A stretch of DNA of 64,000 nucleotides from Acidimicrobiia bacterium (GCA_012270885.1 JAAXHN010000032.1:28688-92687), one strand, 5' to 3'. Shown: positions 45,102 through 54,880, numbered from the stretch's first letter. Made by a program: numbers and translations. The notes: generated from the letters alone by a model not told the origin.

Positions 45102-46380
45102 GGGAGGGACCACCGGCTACGCCTATGCGGAGATCCGCCGCAGTTCCCTGAATCTCATCGAAGAACGGAACCTCGATCCCGAAACGGACCGGCCCGGCGC
45201 CCGCCGGCTGGTGGAAGAAGCCGTCAAGGAATACTCCCGTCGCACCCAGGTGGGACTGGGCCGCGCCCTCCGCGATCCCTTGGACATGGCAGAACGGGTG
45301 CTCCGTTCCATCGCCGACTACGGTCCCCTTACCGAATTGCTATCCCGCTCCGACGTGGAGGAGGTCTTCATCGAGGGGCCCAGAGTGACCTTCATCGATG
45401 GGGCGGGACGCCTGCAAGGCCTGAAAGAACCCACCACGGTGGAGGAGAACCGGCAGGTGGTGGACAGGCTGCTGGCGGGAAGCGACCGTCGGCTGGATGT
45501 GTCCCAACCCATCGTCCAGGCGCGGGTGATGGATGACTCGGCTCGCCTTACAGCCGTTATCCCGCCCATCTCGGACCAGATCTCCGCCACCCTCCGACGG
45601 TACGCACTCCGGAGGCAAAGCCTGGAATCTCTGGTGGAACTGGGGTCGATGCCCCCGGCGGCGGCCCGGTTCTTGGCCGCTGCGATGCAGACAGAGTGCG
45701 GGGTGGTCGTCTCTGGTCCGCCGGGTGCGGGAAAGACCTCACTTCTCAGCGCCCTGTTGGATTCTTGTCCCCCAACCCGGTGCATCCGCTGTTGTGAAGA
45801 GGTGCGGGAATTGCACATTCCCCTGGTTCACGGGTCGTTCTACGAGGCGCGGCCGCCCGGCCTGGATGGAAAGGGAGAGATCAGCCTGCGGGTGCTGGTC
45901 AAGGCAGTGCTGGCCATGCGCCCCGACCTGATCGTGGTGGGGGAGGTGAGGGGGGCGGAAGCCTTCGAGTTGACCCGGGCCGCCAACGCCGGGTGCGGGT
46001 TTGCCTGCACGGTCCATGCCAACTCCGCCGCCGATGCGCTTGATGCGCTGGTAAGCGCTGCCCTGATGGCCGGAGAGAATATCAGTGAACGGGTGGTGCA
46101 GCGGGTGTTTGCCTCGGCCATCGACCTGGTTGTGCACCTGGATCGGGAGGCGTTGGGTGAGGGCCGGGGAGGACCGATGCGGCAGGTGCGGGAGATCGTC
46201 TCGGTGATGCCCGGGCGTCAAGAGTCCTTCTCCATCCATGCTCTGTTCCGCCGTCCGCGCCTGGGGGAGTCCATGATCTGGGTGGGAGAGTCTCCTCCCG
46301 AATCCCTGGTCTCCCGCATCGAACGGGCGACGGGATCGGCGTTGGGGGCGATATTGGATGGAGAGGGGTGGCCGAGGTGA
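45094..46380 (+). CDS. cpaF: CpaF/TadA type IV pilus secretion ATPase
   Basis: VVVSGPPGAGKTSLLSALL (Walker A), LIVVGEVRGAEAFEL (Walker B/Asp box), ACTVHANSA (His box). Start uncertain: TTG 45094 chosen to minimise overlap; the track ORF begins at 45016. Confidence 0.85.
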   Translation: MAEGGTTGYAYAEIRRSSLNLIEERNLDPETDRPGARRLVEEAVKEYSRRTQVGLGRALRDPLDMAERVLRSIADYGPLTELLSRSDVEEVFIEGPRVTFIDGAGRLQGLKEPTTVEENRQVVDRLLAGSDRRLDVSQPIVQARVMDDSARLTAVIPPISDQISATLRRYALRRQSLESLVELGSMPPAAARFLAAAMQTECGVVVSGPPGAGKTSLLSALLDSCPPTRCIRCCEEVRELHIPLVHGSFYEARPPGLDGKGEISLRVLVKAVLAMRPDLIVVGEVRGAEAFELTRAANAGCGFACTVHANSAADALDALVSAALMAGENISERVVQRVFASAIDLVVHLDREALGEGRGGPMRQVREIVSVMPGRQESFSIHALFRRPRLGESMIWVGESPPESLVSRIERATGSALGAILDGEGWPR

Positions 46381-47264
46381 AATGGACCGCAGCCCTGGCC
46401 AGCGGGGTGTTTGTCTCTCTGATGGTGGCGATGCTGATGGGGATCCGGCCCCACCTGCGAATGACTCGGCCGCGTCGCAGGACCGGCGCGCGGGAGTTGT
46501 GGCTTGCCCAGGCCGGCTTGAACATCACCCCACTGCAGTTCACGCTGGCCTCGGTGGGTTTGGGCGTCCTGGCGCTGGTGGTCCTTCTCGGGGTGTCGGG
46601 TGTGTGGGTTGTGGCCCTGCCGCCTTCGGTGCTGATCTCCCTCCTGCCCCGCTTCTATTTCGCGCGGGTCCGGACGCGGCGGCTGTCGGAAGTCAGAAAG
46701 GCCTGGCCGGACGGGATCAGGGATGTGGTCGGAGGGGTTTCGTCAGGATTGTCCGTCCAGCGGGCGGTGGAGGACCTGTCGCGTTCCGGCCCGGAGCCTC
46801 TCAGGGAAGCCTTCGGCCGTTTTCCGATGCTGGCTCGCACCTTGGGAGTGATCCCCGCTCTGGAATCGATCAGGGAGGACCTGGCCGACCCGACCAGTGA
46901 TCGGGTGATAGAAGTGCTGATGATTGCACATGAGCGGGGTGGGGTCTTGATTCCGGACATCCTCCGCGACCTGGCCGACACCACCTCCATGGACCTGGCA
47001 GTCACCGAGGAGGAGCAGACCGAGGCCCTCGAGCAGCGCATCAACGCCCGGGTGGTGTTCATACTCCCCTGGCTGGTGCTGGTGGCCCTGACTTTCCGCC
47101 CGGGACCCTTTCGAACTTTCTACTCCTCTCCGGCTGGTATTGTGGTAGTGGCGATCGGAGCGGGCTTGTCGCTTTTCGGAATCGCCCTGATCTCCAGGCT
47201 ATCCCGTCCTCAGGAGGAACCCCGGGTGCTGGCCCCCTCGGTTGGCGAGGGCGTTTCATGGTAG
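46368..47264 (+). CDS. tadB: TadB-like type II secretion system F-domain membrane protein
   Basis: TM-cytoplasmic T2SSF domain-TM topology directly after cpaF, with a 13-nt overlap. Confidence 0.75.
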   Translation: MAEVKWTAALASGVFVSLMVAMLMGIRPHLRMTRPRRRTGARELWLAQAGLNITPLQFTLASVGLGVLALVVLLGVSGVWVVALPPSVLISLLPRFYFARVRTRRLSEVRKAWPDGIRDVVGGVSSGLSVQRAVEDLSRSGPEPLREAFGRFPMLARTLGVIPALESIREDLADPTSDRVIEVLMIAHERGGVLIPDILRDLADTTSMDLAVTEEEQTEALEQRINARVVFILPWLVLVALTFRPGPFRTFYSSPAGIVVVAIGAGLSLFGIALISRLSRPQEEPRVLAPSVGEGVSW

Positions 47265-48208
47265 ACCAGCCTGCGCATCTGGTGGCGGCCTCATTCACAT
47301 CGGTCACGGTGATGGGAGTGATGCTCAGGTTTTTCCCCCTCCCCAAGCGTCTGAGCACCCGGGTGCGTCCCTATGCAGGGACGGGCGGCTTGCCGGGGGT
47401 TGTCTCCGACCCCGGCGTCCCGTTCGGGCGGACAGCGGGAACTGCCCCGGTCCGACTGTTTGGTCCGATGATTCTGGCCGCGGCTCACGGGGTGGGGAGG
47501 ATCGCCGACAGGATGGGAGAGGGGCACCTGATCCTCCGCCTGCGGCAGGCCCGCTTCTACGTCGGTCTGGAAGACCGGGACCGCGTGGCGTCCTATCGGT
47601 TGGCCGTTCTGGGGACTGCGGCCATGCTGGCCGGCATGGGAGCGGGGATCATGTTGGCGCTTCGCCAGTCCACCCTGGTGGTGCTGGCTGCCGCTATCGC
47701 CGGGGGGTTTGTGGGGTCCTTCAGGGTTCGGGGCCGGCTGGATCGGGCGGTGGAGCAGCGTCGTTCCATGATGAAGATCGAGATCTCCACCATTAATCAG
47801 CTTCTCGCTATCCGGGTCCGATCGGGAAGCGGGGTCATGCACGCCGTGGGGGAGATGACCGCCCGCGGCAGGGGTGAGGTAATCGAAGAGTTGGGAACCG
47901 CCCTTCGCATGCACCGTTCGGGAATGAGCGCCGCTGAGGCCTTCCGGAGGATGGCCGAGATCACGCCCGAGTCCCATTGCGCACGCACCTACAAGCTGTT
48001 GGCCTCTTCAGAGGAGATGGGAGTGGATCTGGCAGCCGGCCTTCGGACCCTGGCGGACGATGCCTCCCGGGGTCGCCGGGAGGAGATTCGACGCTCCGCC
48101 GTCAAGAGACGCTCGGCCATGCTGATTCCCACCATCGCCATCCTCGCGCCGGTGATGCTGCTGTTCGTGGCTGCCCCCCTCCCGCAATTGGTTCTTGGCG
48201 GGACATAG
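47258..48208 (+). CDS. tadC: TadC-like type II secretion system F-domain membrane protein
   Basis: Paralogous topology to the previous gene. C-terminal PTIAILAPVMLLFVAAPL helix. Confidence 0.75.
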   Translation: MVDQPAHLVAASFTSVTVMGVMLRFFPLPKRLSTRVRPYAGTGGLPGVVSDPGVPFGRTAGTAPVRLFGPMILAAAHGVGRIADRMGEGHLILRLRQARFYVGLEDRDRVASYRLAVLGTAAMLAGMGAGIMLALRQSTLVVLAAAIAGGFVGSFRVRGRLDRAVEQRRSMMKIEISTINQLLAIRVRSGSGVMHAVGEMTARGRGEVIEELGTALRMHRSGMSAAEAFRRMAEITPESHCARTYKLLASSEEMGVDLAAGLRTLADDASRGRREEIRRSAVKRRSAMLIPTIAILAPVMLLFVAAPLPQLVLGGT

Positions 48209-48234
48209 ACGTAGGACAAGAAAGGAGCTACCAA

Positions 48235-48438
48235 ATGATAACGACGGTATTTGTGATGATCGGGGAGACATTCCGGAGGATGAAACGTGAGGAGCGTGGA
48301 CTCAGCACTGCGGAATTGCTGGGCAACGCGGCGCTGGCCATAGTGGCGCTGTTGGCCATCTGGGCTCTCCTGCAGTCCCTGGGCACCGACATCGTCGGGT
48401 GGATCCGTGCACAGCTCTCCACCAGTTTGAAGCCGTGA
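48235..48438 (+). CDS. flp: Flp-family type IVb pilin precursor
   Basis: 67 aa, AAAGGAG RBS at 48221-48227. ..MKREERG|LSTAELLGNAALAIVALLAIWALL fits the Flp G/xxxxE(Y) cleavage motif followed by a hydrophobic helix. Confidence 0.75.
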   Translation: MITTVFVMIGETFRRMKREERGLSTAELLGNAALAIVALLAIWALLQSLGTDIVGWIRAQLSTSLKP

Positions 48439-48472
48439 CAGGGATGGTTCCTTTCGGAGGGAGTTTCTCACC

Positions 48473-48871
48473 GTGATGATCGGTTCGGGACCGACCCAGG
48501 ACTCGGGTTGCTCGGACGGGTTCACGACCGCGGGTTTTATAGTGGCGGTGGGTTTCTCGATGCTGTTCTTTGTGCTGTTGGCCAACCTGATGGCTGTCCA
48601 GTACGGCCGGGGAGTCGTTCGGGTGGCCCTGGATGAAGGGGCCCGGCACGGCGCCCGCTACGGTGTCGGGGATCCCGCCTGTGAGAACCGGATCCGGGAG
48701 GTGCTGGGTGGCCTTCTGGGTGGGGATATGGGCTCGGGGGTGACCTATCGGTGCCAGGGGGACTCCCAACGGACCAGGGCCAGCGCGCAGGTGGTGTTTC
48801 CCGCTTGGATCCCCGGCATTCCGGAGTTCCGCTTCCAGATGGCGGCTACCGCCGTCGCCGAGCGGAAATGA
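48473..48871 (+). CDS. TadE-like pseudopilin/pilus assembly protein
   Basis: N-terminal hydrophobic segment GFTTAGFIVAVGFSMLFFVLLANLMAVQYGRGVVRVALDEGARHG. Position in the tad cluster. Confidence 0.65.
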   Translation: MMIGSGPTQDSGCSDGFTTAGFIVAVGFSMLFFVLLANLMAVQYGRGVVRVALDEGARHGARYGVGDPACENRIREVLGGLLGGDMGSGVTYRCQGDSQRTRASAQVVFPAWIPGIPEFRFQMAATAVAERK

Positions 48872-49317
48872 CGGACCACCGGTTCCAAAGGGGTTCGGCG
48901 CCCATCGAGTTGGTGATGGCGATCGGCTTGATCCTGATACCCATGGCTCTGCTCTCGCTCTCCTTCGGTCCGTACCTCCAGCGGATGGTCTTGGTCAGGA
49001 TCGCGGCGGCGGAGGCCGCCAGGGAGTTGGTGCTCTCGGACGGTTCCGAGGCGGGAGTCGTGGCACTGATTGCGGAGATCTCCCGCAATCACGGCGTTCA
49101 AGCGAGCGATGTGGCGGTCGGATTCTGCGGCGGAGCGGCCCGCCCGGTCACCGAACGCCCCGGGTCGGGCTGCGGTCCGCCGGCCAAGGGCAGGGACCTC
49201 ACCGTGACTGTCACCGTGATGATCCCAGCTCTTGTCACTCCCTACGGTGAGGTGGGGAACCTGACGGCCAGGGCTTCCCACACCGAGAAAGTCGGCCTTT
49301 ATCGCTCCACCCCATGA
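48868..49317 (+). CDS. TadE-like pilus assembly protein
   Basis: RGSAPIELVMAIGLILIPMALLSLSFGP is the typical TadE N-terminus (G-SAxxE). ATGA overlap with the previous gene. Confidence 0.7.
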   Translation: MTDHRFQRGSAPIELVMAIGLILIPMALLSLSFGPYLQRMVLVRIAAAEAARELVLSDGSEAGVVALIAEISRNHGVQASDVAVGFCGGAARPVTERPGSGCGPPAKGRDLTVTVTVMIPALVTPYGEVGNLTARASHTEKVGLYRSTP

Positions 49318-49745
49318 CAGGACAGCCGAGACAGAGGGGATCGATCACCCTGTGGCTGCTGGGCCTTGGGATCTGTCTTCTGGTGGTGGGAGGGATGGGA
49401 CTGGACATGTGGTCGGTGGTTGCGATGCGCGCCCGGTTGGTGGGGGTGGCGGAGGCCATTGCCACGGGAGCGGCCTCGGGCATCTCCGAAGCGCACTGGC
49501 GAGACACCGGAGAGATCCGGCTCGATCCCGTCCGGGCGAAGCAGTTGGGCAGAGACCTGGCCTTCCGCCATCCAGGGGTCAGCCTCCTGGATAGACCCCC
49601 TGAGATCCTGGTCGACTCGGCGTTCCGGTCGGTGACGGTGCAGGTGTCGGGTTCGGTGCCACTGACTCTGCTGGCACTGGGGGTGAATTCGGGGCGTATC
49701 GAGATAACGGCTTCCGCCACCTCGCGGCCCCACGTGTTCGGCTGA
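49314..49745 (+). CDS. TadG-like (pilus assembly, N-terminal TadG motif) protein
   Basis: QRGSITLWLLGLGICLLVVGGMGLDMWSVVAMRARLVGVAEAIATGAA resembles the TadG-like N-terminal domain. Confidence 0.6.
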   Translation: MTGQPRQRGSITLWLLGLGICLLVVGGMGLDMWSVVAMRARLVGVAEAIATGAASGISEAHWRDTGEIRLDPVRAKQLGRDLAFRHPGVSLLDRPPEILVDSAFRSVTVQVSGSVPLTLLALGVNSGRIEITASATSRPHVFG

Positions 49746-49770
49746 GGATTGGGGGAAGAGGTGACTACTC

Positions 49771-50553
49771 CTAGAGGATGTAGAGGCCCACCACAGCCAG
49801 GGCGGCGGTGTAGGCCCCGAACGGCGCCAGCCCGATCCGGCGTATCACGGACAACAGGCCGACTATCGAGAGGTACCCCACCACCGCCGCCACCCCCAGG
49901 CCCACGAGGTCGGGGCCCAGAGCCTCGGGGGCCAAGTCCATTCGGGTCATCGACCGCACCCCGGCGGCTGCTATCGCAGGCACAGCCAGGAGGAAGGAAT
50001 AGCGGGTCGCTTCCTCGGGAGAGAGACCCCGCGCCATCCCGGCCGTGATTGTGACCGCCGAGCGGGAGACGCCCGGCATGAACGCCAGCACCTGGGCCAC
50101 CCCCACCCACCATCCGTCCCGGAGCCCTGCCTTCTCCAGCCGCCCGGTCCGTCCCCCGAGTCTCTGTCCCACCACCAGGACTGCGGTGGTGAACCCGAGC
50201 GCCACCGAGACGGCGGTCGTACTGTCCTGGGCGCTTTCCACCAGATCCTCGACCAGAAGCCCCAGTGCGGCGGGCGCGGTTCCGACAATCAGCAGGCCCC
50301 ACAGGTGGCGGGCCTTTGCGGAACTTGTGAACCTCAACAGCACGCCCACGTCTCTGCGGTAGAAGAAGACCACCGCCACCAGAGTCCCAAGATGAAGGAA
50401 TGCGCTCTGTGCCAACGAGGGAGTGGAGACCGAGAGACCCATCTCCGACAGCAGAGCGGGAACCAGCACCAGGTGACCGCTGGAGGAGACGGGTAGGAAC
50501 TCTGTAAGTCCCTGGATGATCCCCCAAGTGACCGCGTTGATCATGGATGACAC
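49771..50553 (-). CDS. uppP: undecaprenyl-diphosphate phosphatase
   Basis: GIIQGLTEFLPVSSSGHLVL and PGVSRSAVTITAG motifs, with 8 TM helices. Confidence 0.9.
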   Translation of the reverse strand: MSSMINAVTWGIIQGLTEFLPVSSSGHLVLVPALLSEMGLSVSTPSLAQSAFLHLGTLVAVVFFYRRDVGVLLRFTSSAKARHLWGLLIVGTAPAALGLLVEDLVESAQDSTTAVSVALGFTTAVLVVGQRLGGRTGRLEKAGLRDGWWVGVAQVLAFMPGVSRSAVTITAGMARGLSPEEATRYSFLLAVPAIAAAGVRSMTRMDLAPEALGPDLVGLGVAAVVGYLSIVGLLSVIRRIGLAPFGAYTAALAVVGLYIL

Positions 50554-50554
50554 G

Positions 50555-51118
50555 CTAGCGGCCCGGCGCCACCGCCACCGTCAGGGTTCCGTAGGCCGAA
50601 GCGGCCGAGACCCGGGCCAGTTGTTCCGCGGGTATTGCGATCAGCGCCCTTTCCCCGGGTTCCTGACCCTCGGCCATGGGGCGGATCACCACTCCCGGGA
50701 TTGGTTCTGTGGTCGGGGAGAGCCCGTCGCCCCCGGCCACCAAGAGCACATGGGCTCCGGGGAGGAGCCCCGGCGGCGTCTCCAATTCGACGGCCCACCA
50801 TCCATCGGGAACCGCGGTCTCCGTCCCGTCGAGCACCGCCGACGTCAGGGGGTCGCCTCTGGACAGCGGCACGACCAAGACGCCTCGGACGGCAACCGCC
50901 GGCAGAAGCCCTTCGGGTATCTCCCGGTACTCAAACAGATCCTCCGAAAGCTCGGCGCCCTCCGGAATGTCCACACTGGCAAAGGGATGCAGGGTCACCG
51001 GGGAGGGCATCACCTGTATCAACCAGGACATCCCCACAATCGCCGCCGCGCCCGCCCATTTGAGGTAGGGGCGCGGTGCAAACCACATCATCCCACAAGA
51101 TGGCGTTGCCACCCCCAA
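50555..51118 (-). CDS. SAF-domain protein
   Basis: N-terminal TM helix, then a SAF-like segment (VDIPEGAELSEDLFEYREIP) and a CpaB-like C-terminus. Confidence 0.55.
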   Translation of the reverse strand: MGVATPSCGMMWFAPRPYLKWAGAAAIVGMSWLIQVMPSPVTLHPFASVDIPEGAELSEDLFEYREIPEGLLPAVAVRGVLVVPLSRGDPLTSAVLDGTETAVPDGWWAVELETPPGLLPGAHVLLVAGGDGLSPTTEPIPGVVIRPMAEGQEPGERALIAIPAEQLARVSAASAYGTLTVAVAPGR

Positions 51119-51198
51119 CGGGGACCGGGGTGGAGACCGAGGAGTTGTCGCGGGTCAGGGATTTCTTTCCTACTCTCCCGCGGTCGGCCGGGAGGAGG

Positions 51199-51522
51199 CT
51201 ATTTGGAGGAGGAAGTCTCGCTCTTCGAAGCTCTTACGGAGGACTTGTCGGCTGCCGGTTTGGCGTCGGAGGAAGCAACACCGCTCTTCTGGCTTTTCTG
51301 TTCGGCTGAGGACTGTCCGTTGGTCCCGGCCGAGGCGGGGTTGGGCTTTCGGGAGTCGGTCACGTAGAACCCGGACCCCTTGAAAACCACTCCCCGGGCG
51401 TGAAACACCTTTCGTAGCGGCCCCCCGCATGATTCATGCCGGGTTAGGGGAGCATCGCTGAAGGACTGCCACACCTCCAGGCTGTCCCCGCACTGGCGGC
51501 AAAGGTACTCATAGGTGGGCAT
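51199..51522 (-). CDS. FmdB-family zinc-ribbon (CxxC-CxxC) putative regulatory protein
   Basis: MPTYEYLCRQCGDSLEVWQSFSDAPLTRHESCGGPLRKVFHA..FKGSGFYVTD is the canonical FmdB family N-terminus. Start at the Met of MPTYEY. Confidence 0.85.
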   Translation of the reverse strand: MPTYEYLCRQCGDSLEVWQSFSDAPLTRHESCGGPLRKVFHARGVVFKGSGFYVTDSRKPNPASAGTNGQSSAEQKSQKSGVASSDAKPAADKSSVRASKSETSSSK

Positions 51523-51608
51523 GGCGTGACGATCCGGTTCGGTTACGCGGTGGGAATCCACCTCCAGGATACCTCCACGCGGCTTTGAGGCATAAACTGG
51601 ATTGCATT

Positions 51609-52211
51609 ATGGAGTTACCCGTCTGGGCGGCCGTCGCCCTCGCTTACCTGATCGGTTCGATCGACTTCGCCATCTTCGTGGCGCGTCTACACGGTGTGGA
51701 CATCCGCGCGCACGGGAGCGGCAACCCCGGAACCGCCAACGTATTCCGGGTGATGGGGATCGTTCCGGGGATCGTGGTGCTGGTCGGCGACCTGCTGAAA
51801 GGGGTGGTGGCTGCCTACCTCGGCTGGTTGGCGGCGGGATCGATCGATCCGGTTGGCTCTTGGGTGGTGATGCTGGCCGGGACGGCCGCGGTGATCGGAC
51901 ACTGCTATCCGGTCTTTCACAGGTTTCGGGGAGGCAAGGGGATGGCGACCCTCTTCGGAGCGATGCTCTTCATCCTGCCCCTCGTGACGGTCGTGGCGGC
52001 CGTGGTGTGGGGGCTGGTGGCCAGGGTGGCGAAATTCCCCGCGGCAGGATCCTGCTCGGTGGCTATCGCCTACCTGCCGATCGGATACTGGCGGGGTATG
52101 GAACTGCCGGCACTGTCCTGGCTGCTGCTTGCCGTGGTGCTGATTCTCTACCGCCACAGATCCAATCTTGTCACCTGGAGGGAGAGAAGGTCCGGGTCGG
52201 AGACGGCGTGA
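51609..52211 (+). CDS. plsY: glycerol-3-phosphate acyltransferase PlsY
   Basis: AYLIGSIDFAIFVARLHGVDIRAHGSGNPGTANVFRVMG and FRGGKGMAT motifs. Confidence 0.9.
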   Translation: MELPVWAAVALAYLIGSIDFAIFVARLHGVDIRAHGSGNPGTANVFRVMGIVPGIVVLVGDLLKGVVAAYLGWLAAGSIDPVGSWVVMLAGTAAVIGHCYPVFHRFRGGKGMATLFGAMLFILPLVTVVAAVVWGLVARVAKFPAAGSCSVAIAYLPIGYWRGMELPALSWLLLAVVLILYRHRSNLVTWRERRSGSETA

Positions 52212-53461
52212 CGGCCGAGGAGATGAAGCCACTCGCCGCCGCCCGGCGGGAAGTTCTGTCCGTCATGCGGCTCCTGCCCGCAGTAGAAGTCCCTCTCGAT
52301 GAGGCGCAGGGATTGGCCTTGGCTTCAGATGTGATCGCTCCTCATGCGGTTCCTTCGTTCGCCAACTCCGCCATGGACGGCTATGCGGTGAGGGTGGCGG
52401 ATGTGGCGGACCCACCGGTGGAGTTGCACATCTCAGAGGATGTGCCGGCCGGCCATGTTGCGTCGGGTGCGGTGCAACCGGGCGCCGTCATCAAGATCAT
52501 GACCGGAGCCCCGATTCCTGAAGGGGCGGAGGCGGTTGTGAAGGTGGAGGACACCAAACCGGTTCCGGGAGGCAGGGTGAGGATCATGGCGTCGGTTGCA
52601 ATGGGCACTGCGGTGAGACCTGCGGGAGGCGACTTGGCGGAGGGTCAACTGGTCATGCCGGCCGGAGCGCGACTGGGCCCCGTCCACCTCGGGGTCCTGG
52701 CCACCATCGGCGTCTCGGCGCCGGCGGTGAGAAGAAAAGCAAGGGTGGCGGTGCTTTCCACCGGAGACGAGCTCTTCCCCGTCGACTCCCGGAACCTGCC
52801 CCCGGGCGGGATACGCGACTCCAACCGGCCTCTCCTGAAAGGCCTTCTGTCCGACCTGGGCGTCGAGATTCTCGACATGGGGATCATCCCCGACCAGGAG
52901 GACCAACTGCGCGCCGCTTTGAAGGATGCGTCGTCCGGTGCGGATGTGACTGTCACCTCCGGCGGAGTCTCCATGGGTGAATATGACTTGGTGAAACAGG
53001 TCCTGTCGAGCCTGGGTGATATTGAGTTGTGGAAGGTTGCAATGCAGCCTGCCAAGCCGTTCGCATTCGGGCATATCCACGGCACCCCGCTGTTCGGCCT
53101 GCCCGGTAACCCGGTCTCCGCCCTGGTCGCCTTCGAACAGTTCGTTCGTCCGTCGCTATTGAAGATGATGGGGGCGCGGGCGCTGTTTCGGCCGCGGGTG
53201 CCGGCCGTGGCTGGACACCCTCTCCGCACCAACCCGGAGAAGACCGTGTTTGTCCGGGTGGTGGTGGGTCTGGAGGACGGCCGCATGATTGCCCGCTCCT
53301 CGGGCGAACAGGGGTCGAATGTGCTGTCCGCCGCCGCCGCGGCTAACGGCATGGCCGTGGTTCCCAGGGGCGTGGCTTCGGTGGGGGAAGGTGATCCGGT
53401 TGCAGTCGAGATGTTGAGGTCCCCGGAGTCTCGGACCGAGGAGGAGGCGCCGGATGAGTGA
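52208..53461 (+). CDS. moeA: molybdopterin molybdotransferase MoeA
   Basis: PSFANSAMDGYAVRV, IMTGAPIPEGA, LSTGDEL, SGGVSMGEYD, PGNPVSA. GTG 52208 overlaps the plsY stop. The upstream part of track ORF 51602-53461 is a shadow of plsY. Confidence 0.9.
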   Translation: MTAEEMKPLAAARREVLSVMRLLPAVEVPLDEAQGLALASDVIAPHAVPSFANSAMDGYAVRVADVADPPVELHISEDVPAGHVASGAVQPGAVIKIMTGAPIPEGAEAVVKVEDTKPVPGGRVRIMASVAMGTAVRPAGGDLAEGQLVMPAGARLGPVHLGVLATIGVSAPAVRRKARVAVLSTGDELFPVDSRNLPPGGIRDSNRPLLKGLLSDLGVEILDMGIIPDQEDQLRAALKDASSGADVTVTSGGVSMGEYDLVKQVLSSLGDIELWKVAMQPAKPFAFGHIHGTPLFGLPGNPVSALVAFEQFVRPSLLKMMGARALFRPRVPAVAGHPLRTNPEKTVFVRVVVGLEDGRMIARSSGEQGSNVLSAAAAANGMAVVPRGVASVGEGDPVAVEMLRSPESRTEEEAPDE

Positions 53462-53930
53462 TGACCCTGTCTTTTCGCACCTGGACGAGCAGGGAGAGAT
53501 GCGGATGGTGGAAGTAGGGGAGAAACCCGAAACGATGCGACGGGCGGTGGCGGAAGCTCACGTTCGCTTGAGTCCCGAGGTGCGACGTTCGCTCCTGGAA
53601 GGCTCGCTTCCCAAGGGAGACGCCTTGGCGGCGGTGAGGTTGGCGGGGATCATGGCTGCCAAGCGCACTTCCGAACTCATCCCGCTTTGCCACCCGTTGC
53701 CTCTCTCGGGGATCGACGTGAACGTGGCTCCATCTTCCGAAGGGGTCTCCATAGCCGCCTCGGTGCGGACCACTGCCCGGACGGGGGTGGAGATGGAGGC
53801 GATGGTGGCCGTTTCCGTGGCGTCTCTGGCCCTCTACGACATGGTAAAGGGGCTGGATAGGGGAGCGGTGATCGGCCCGATCCGCTTGCTGGAGAAGACC
53901 GGCGGCAAGTCGGGTGATTGGAGACGGTAG
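53454..53930 (+). CDS. moaC: cyclic pyranopterin monophosphate synthase MoaC
   Basis: FSHLDEQGEMRMVEVGEK, KGDALAAVRLAGIMAAKRTSELIPLCHPLPL, MEAMVAVSVASLALYDM. Confidence 0.9.
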   Translation: MSDDPVFSHLDEQGEMRMVEVGEKPETMRRAVAEAHVRLSPEVRRSLLEGSLPKGDALAAVRLAGIMAAKRTSELIPLCHPLPLSGIDVNVAPSSEGVSIAASVRTTARTGVEMEAMVAVSVASLALYDMVKGLDRGAVIGPIRLLEKTGGKSGDWRR

Positions 53931-54044
53931 AGGCGCGGGGGGGATGGACCGACGGGAGCCGGCCCACCGGAGGCCTCGATCTGTCCGTAACGCCACCGGG
54001 CGGCGACCCCTCCGGGCCGTGAGGTTGGTATACTCGTCCCGGTT

Positions 54045-54512
54045 ATGGCCGCTTTGATGATCGCCCTGTTTGTCATCCTGGTGGCCTGGGGATGGTATCT
54101 GGTTCCCAAGAAGACCGGTGCGCATAAATCCTCACGGCTGAGCTTTGGCCGCCAGCAACCCAGGAGCGGTCGGGTCCCGGATGTGACGGTCATTCCGGTG
54201 GCACGCGTCGCTGGTAGCACCGGTAACGGAGAGCATGTCCCCGGTGCTCCTGGACCGCCGTCGGCGGCATCCGCAAGGCGTAGCCGGATCAGAGGTGTTC
54301 TGGTTGCGATGGCGGTGATCTCTGCGGCGTCTGCCCTGTACACCCGCTCGCTCAACTGGTGGCTCACCCACATAGGCATAGACGCCTTGCTGCTCATCTA
54401 TTACGGATTGTCCCTCCAGGTGCAGAGCAGGGCCGCGTCGCTGTCCCGCTCCCCGGGCGTAGGGAGCAGAGGGCGGTCCGATCCGGTTCTCAGACGGGTG
54501 GTAGGCGGCTGA
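54045..54512 (+). CDS. hypothetical membrane protein
   Basis: N-terminal TM helix (AALMIALFVILVAWGWYLV) and two later helices. No family recognised. Confidence 0.4.
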   Translation: MAALMIALFVILVAWGWYLVPKKTGAHKSSRLSFGRQQPRSGRVPDVTVIPVARVAGSTGNGEHVPGAPGPPSAASARRSRIRGVLVAMAVISAASALYTRSLNWWLTHIGIDALLLIYYGLSLQVQSRAASLSRSPGVGSRGRSDPVLRRVVGG

Positions 54513-54559
54513 ACCCTCCTGGGAGGGACGAGGGGGACTGGTAAACTGCCTTCCGGCGC

Positions 54560-54633
54560 GGGGGTGTAGCTCAGCTCGGCAGAGCGCTTCGTTCGCAACG
54601 AAGAGGCCACGGGTTCAAATCCCGTCACCTCCA
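54560..54633 (+). tRNA. tRNA-Ala (anticodon CGC)
   Basis: Hand-folded. Acceptor GGGGGTG/CACCTCC with the G3:U70 alanine identity pair, D arm GCTC..GAGC, anticodon arm CTTCG-TTCGCAA-CGAAG, T arm ACGGG-TTCAAAT-CCCGT. CCA is not encoded. Confidence 0.9.
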
Positions 54634-54880
54634 CTGGCCACGAGTTTCCCCCATCCTCCTTTCTCATGGATTCTGCCGGTTTTCTGAGGTTTCATTTTGT
54701 GCTGTGATCCCAGCTAGAAGGCCATATTGTTGCGGTAGGGGGTGGGTGACCATGCTGTGGTGCCCACGGTCACTTCCAGCACCTTTTGAACAACCAACAC
54801 CTGTATGAACAAACGGCGCTGCGGCATAGCCGGTGGTTGTGTAGGTCGCGCCTGCTGGCGCCGCTGAGTACCATCGGGAC

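Noticed and set aside
51602-52207. N-terminal 200 aa of the 619-aa track ORF 51602-53461
   Set aside because: This part is an out-of-frame shadow of plsY (Arg/Gly-rich). The MoeA homology starts at about 52208-52223, where a GTG overlaps the plsY stop.
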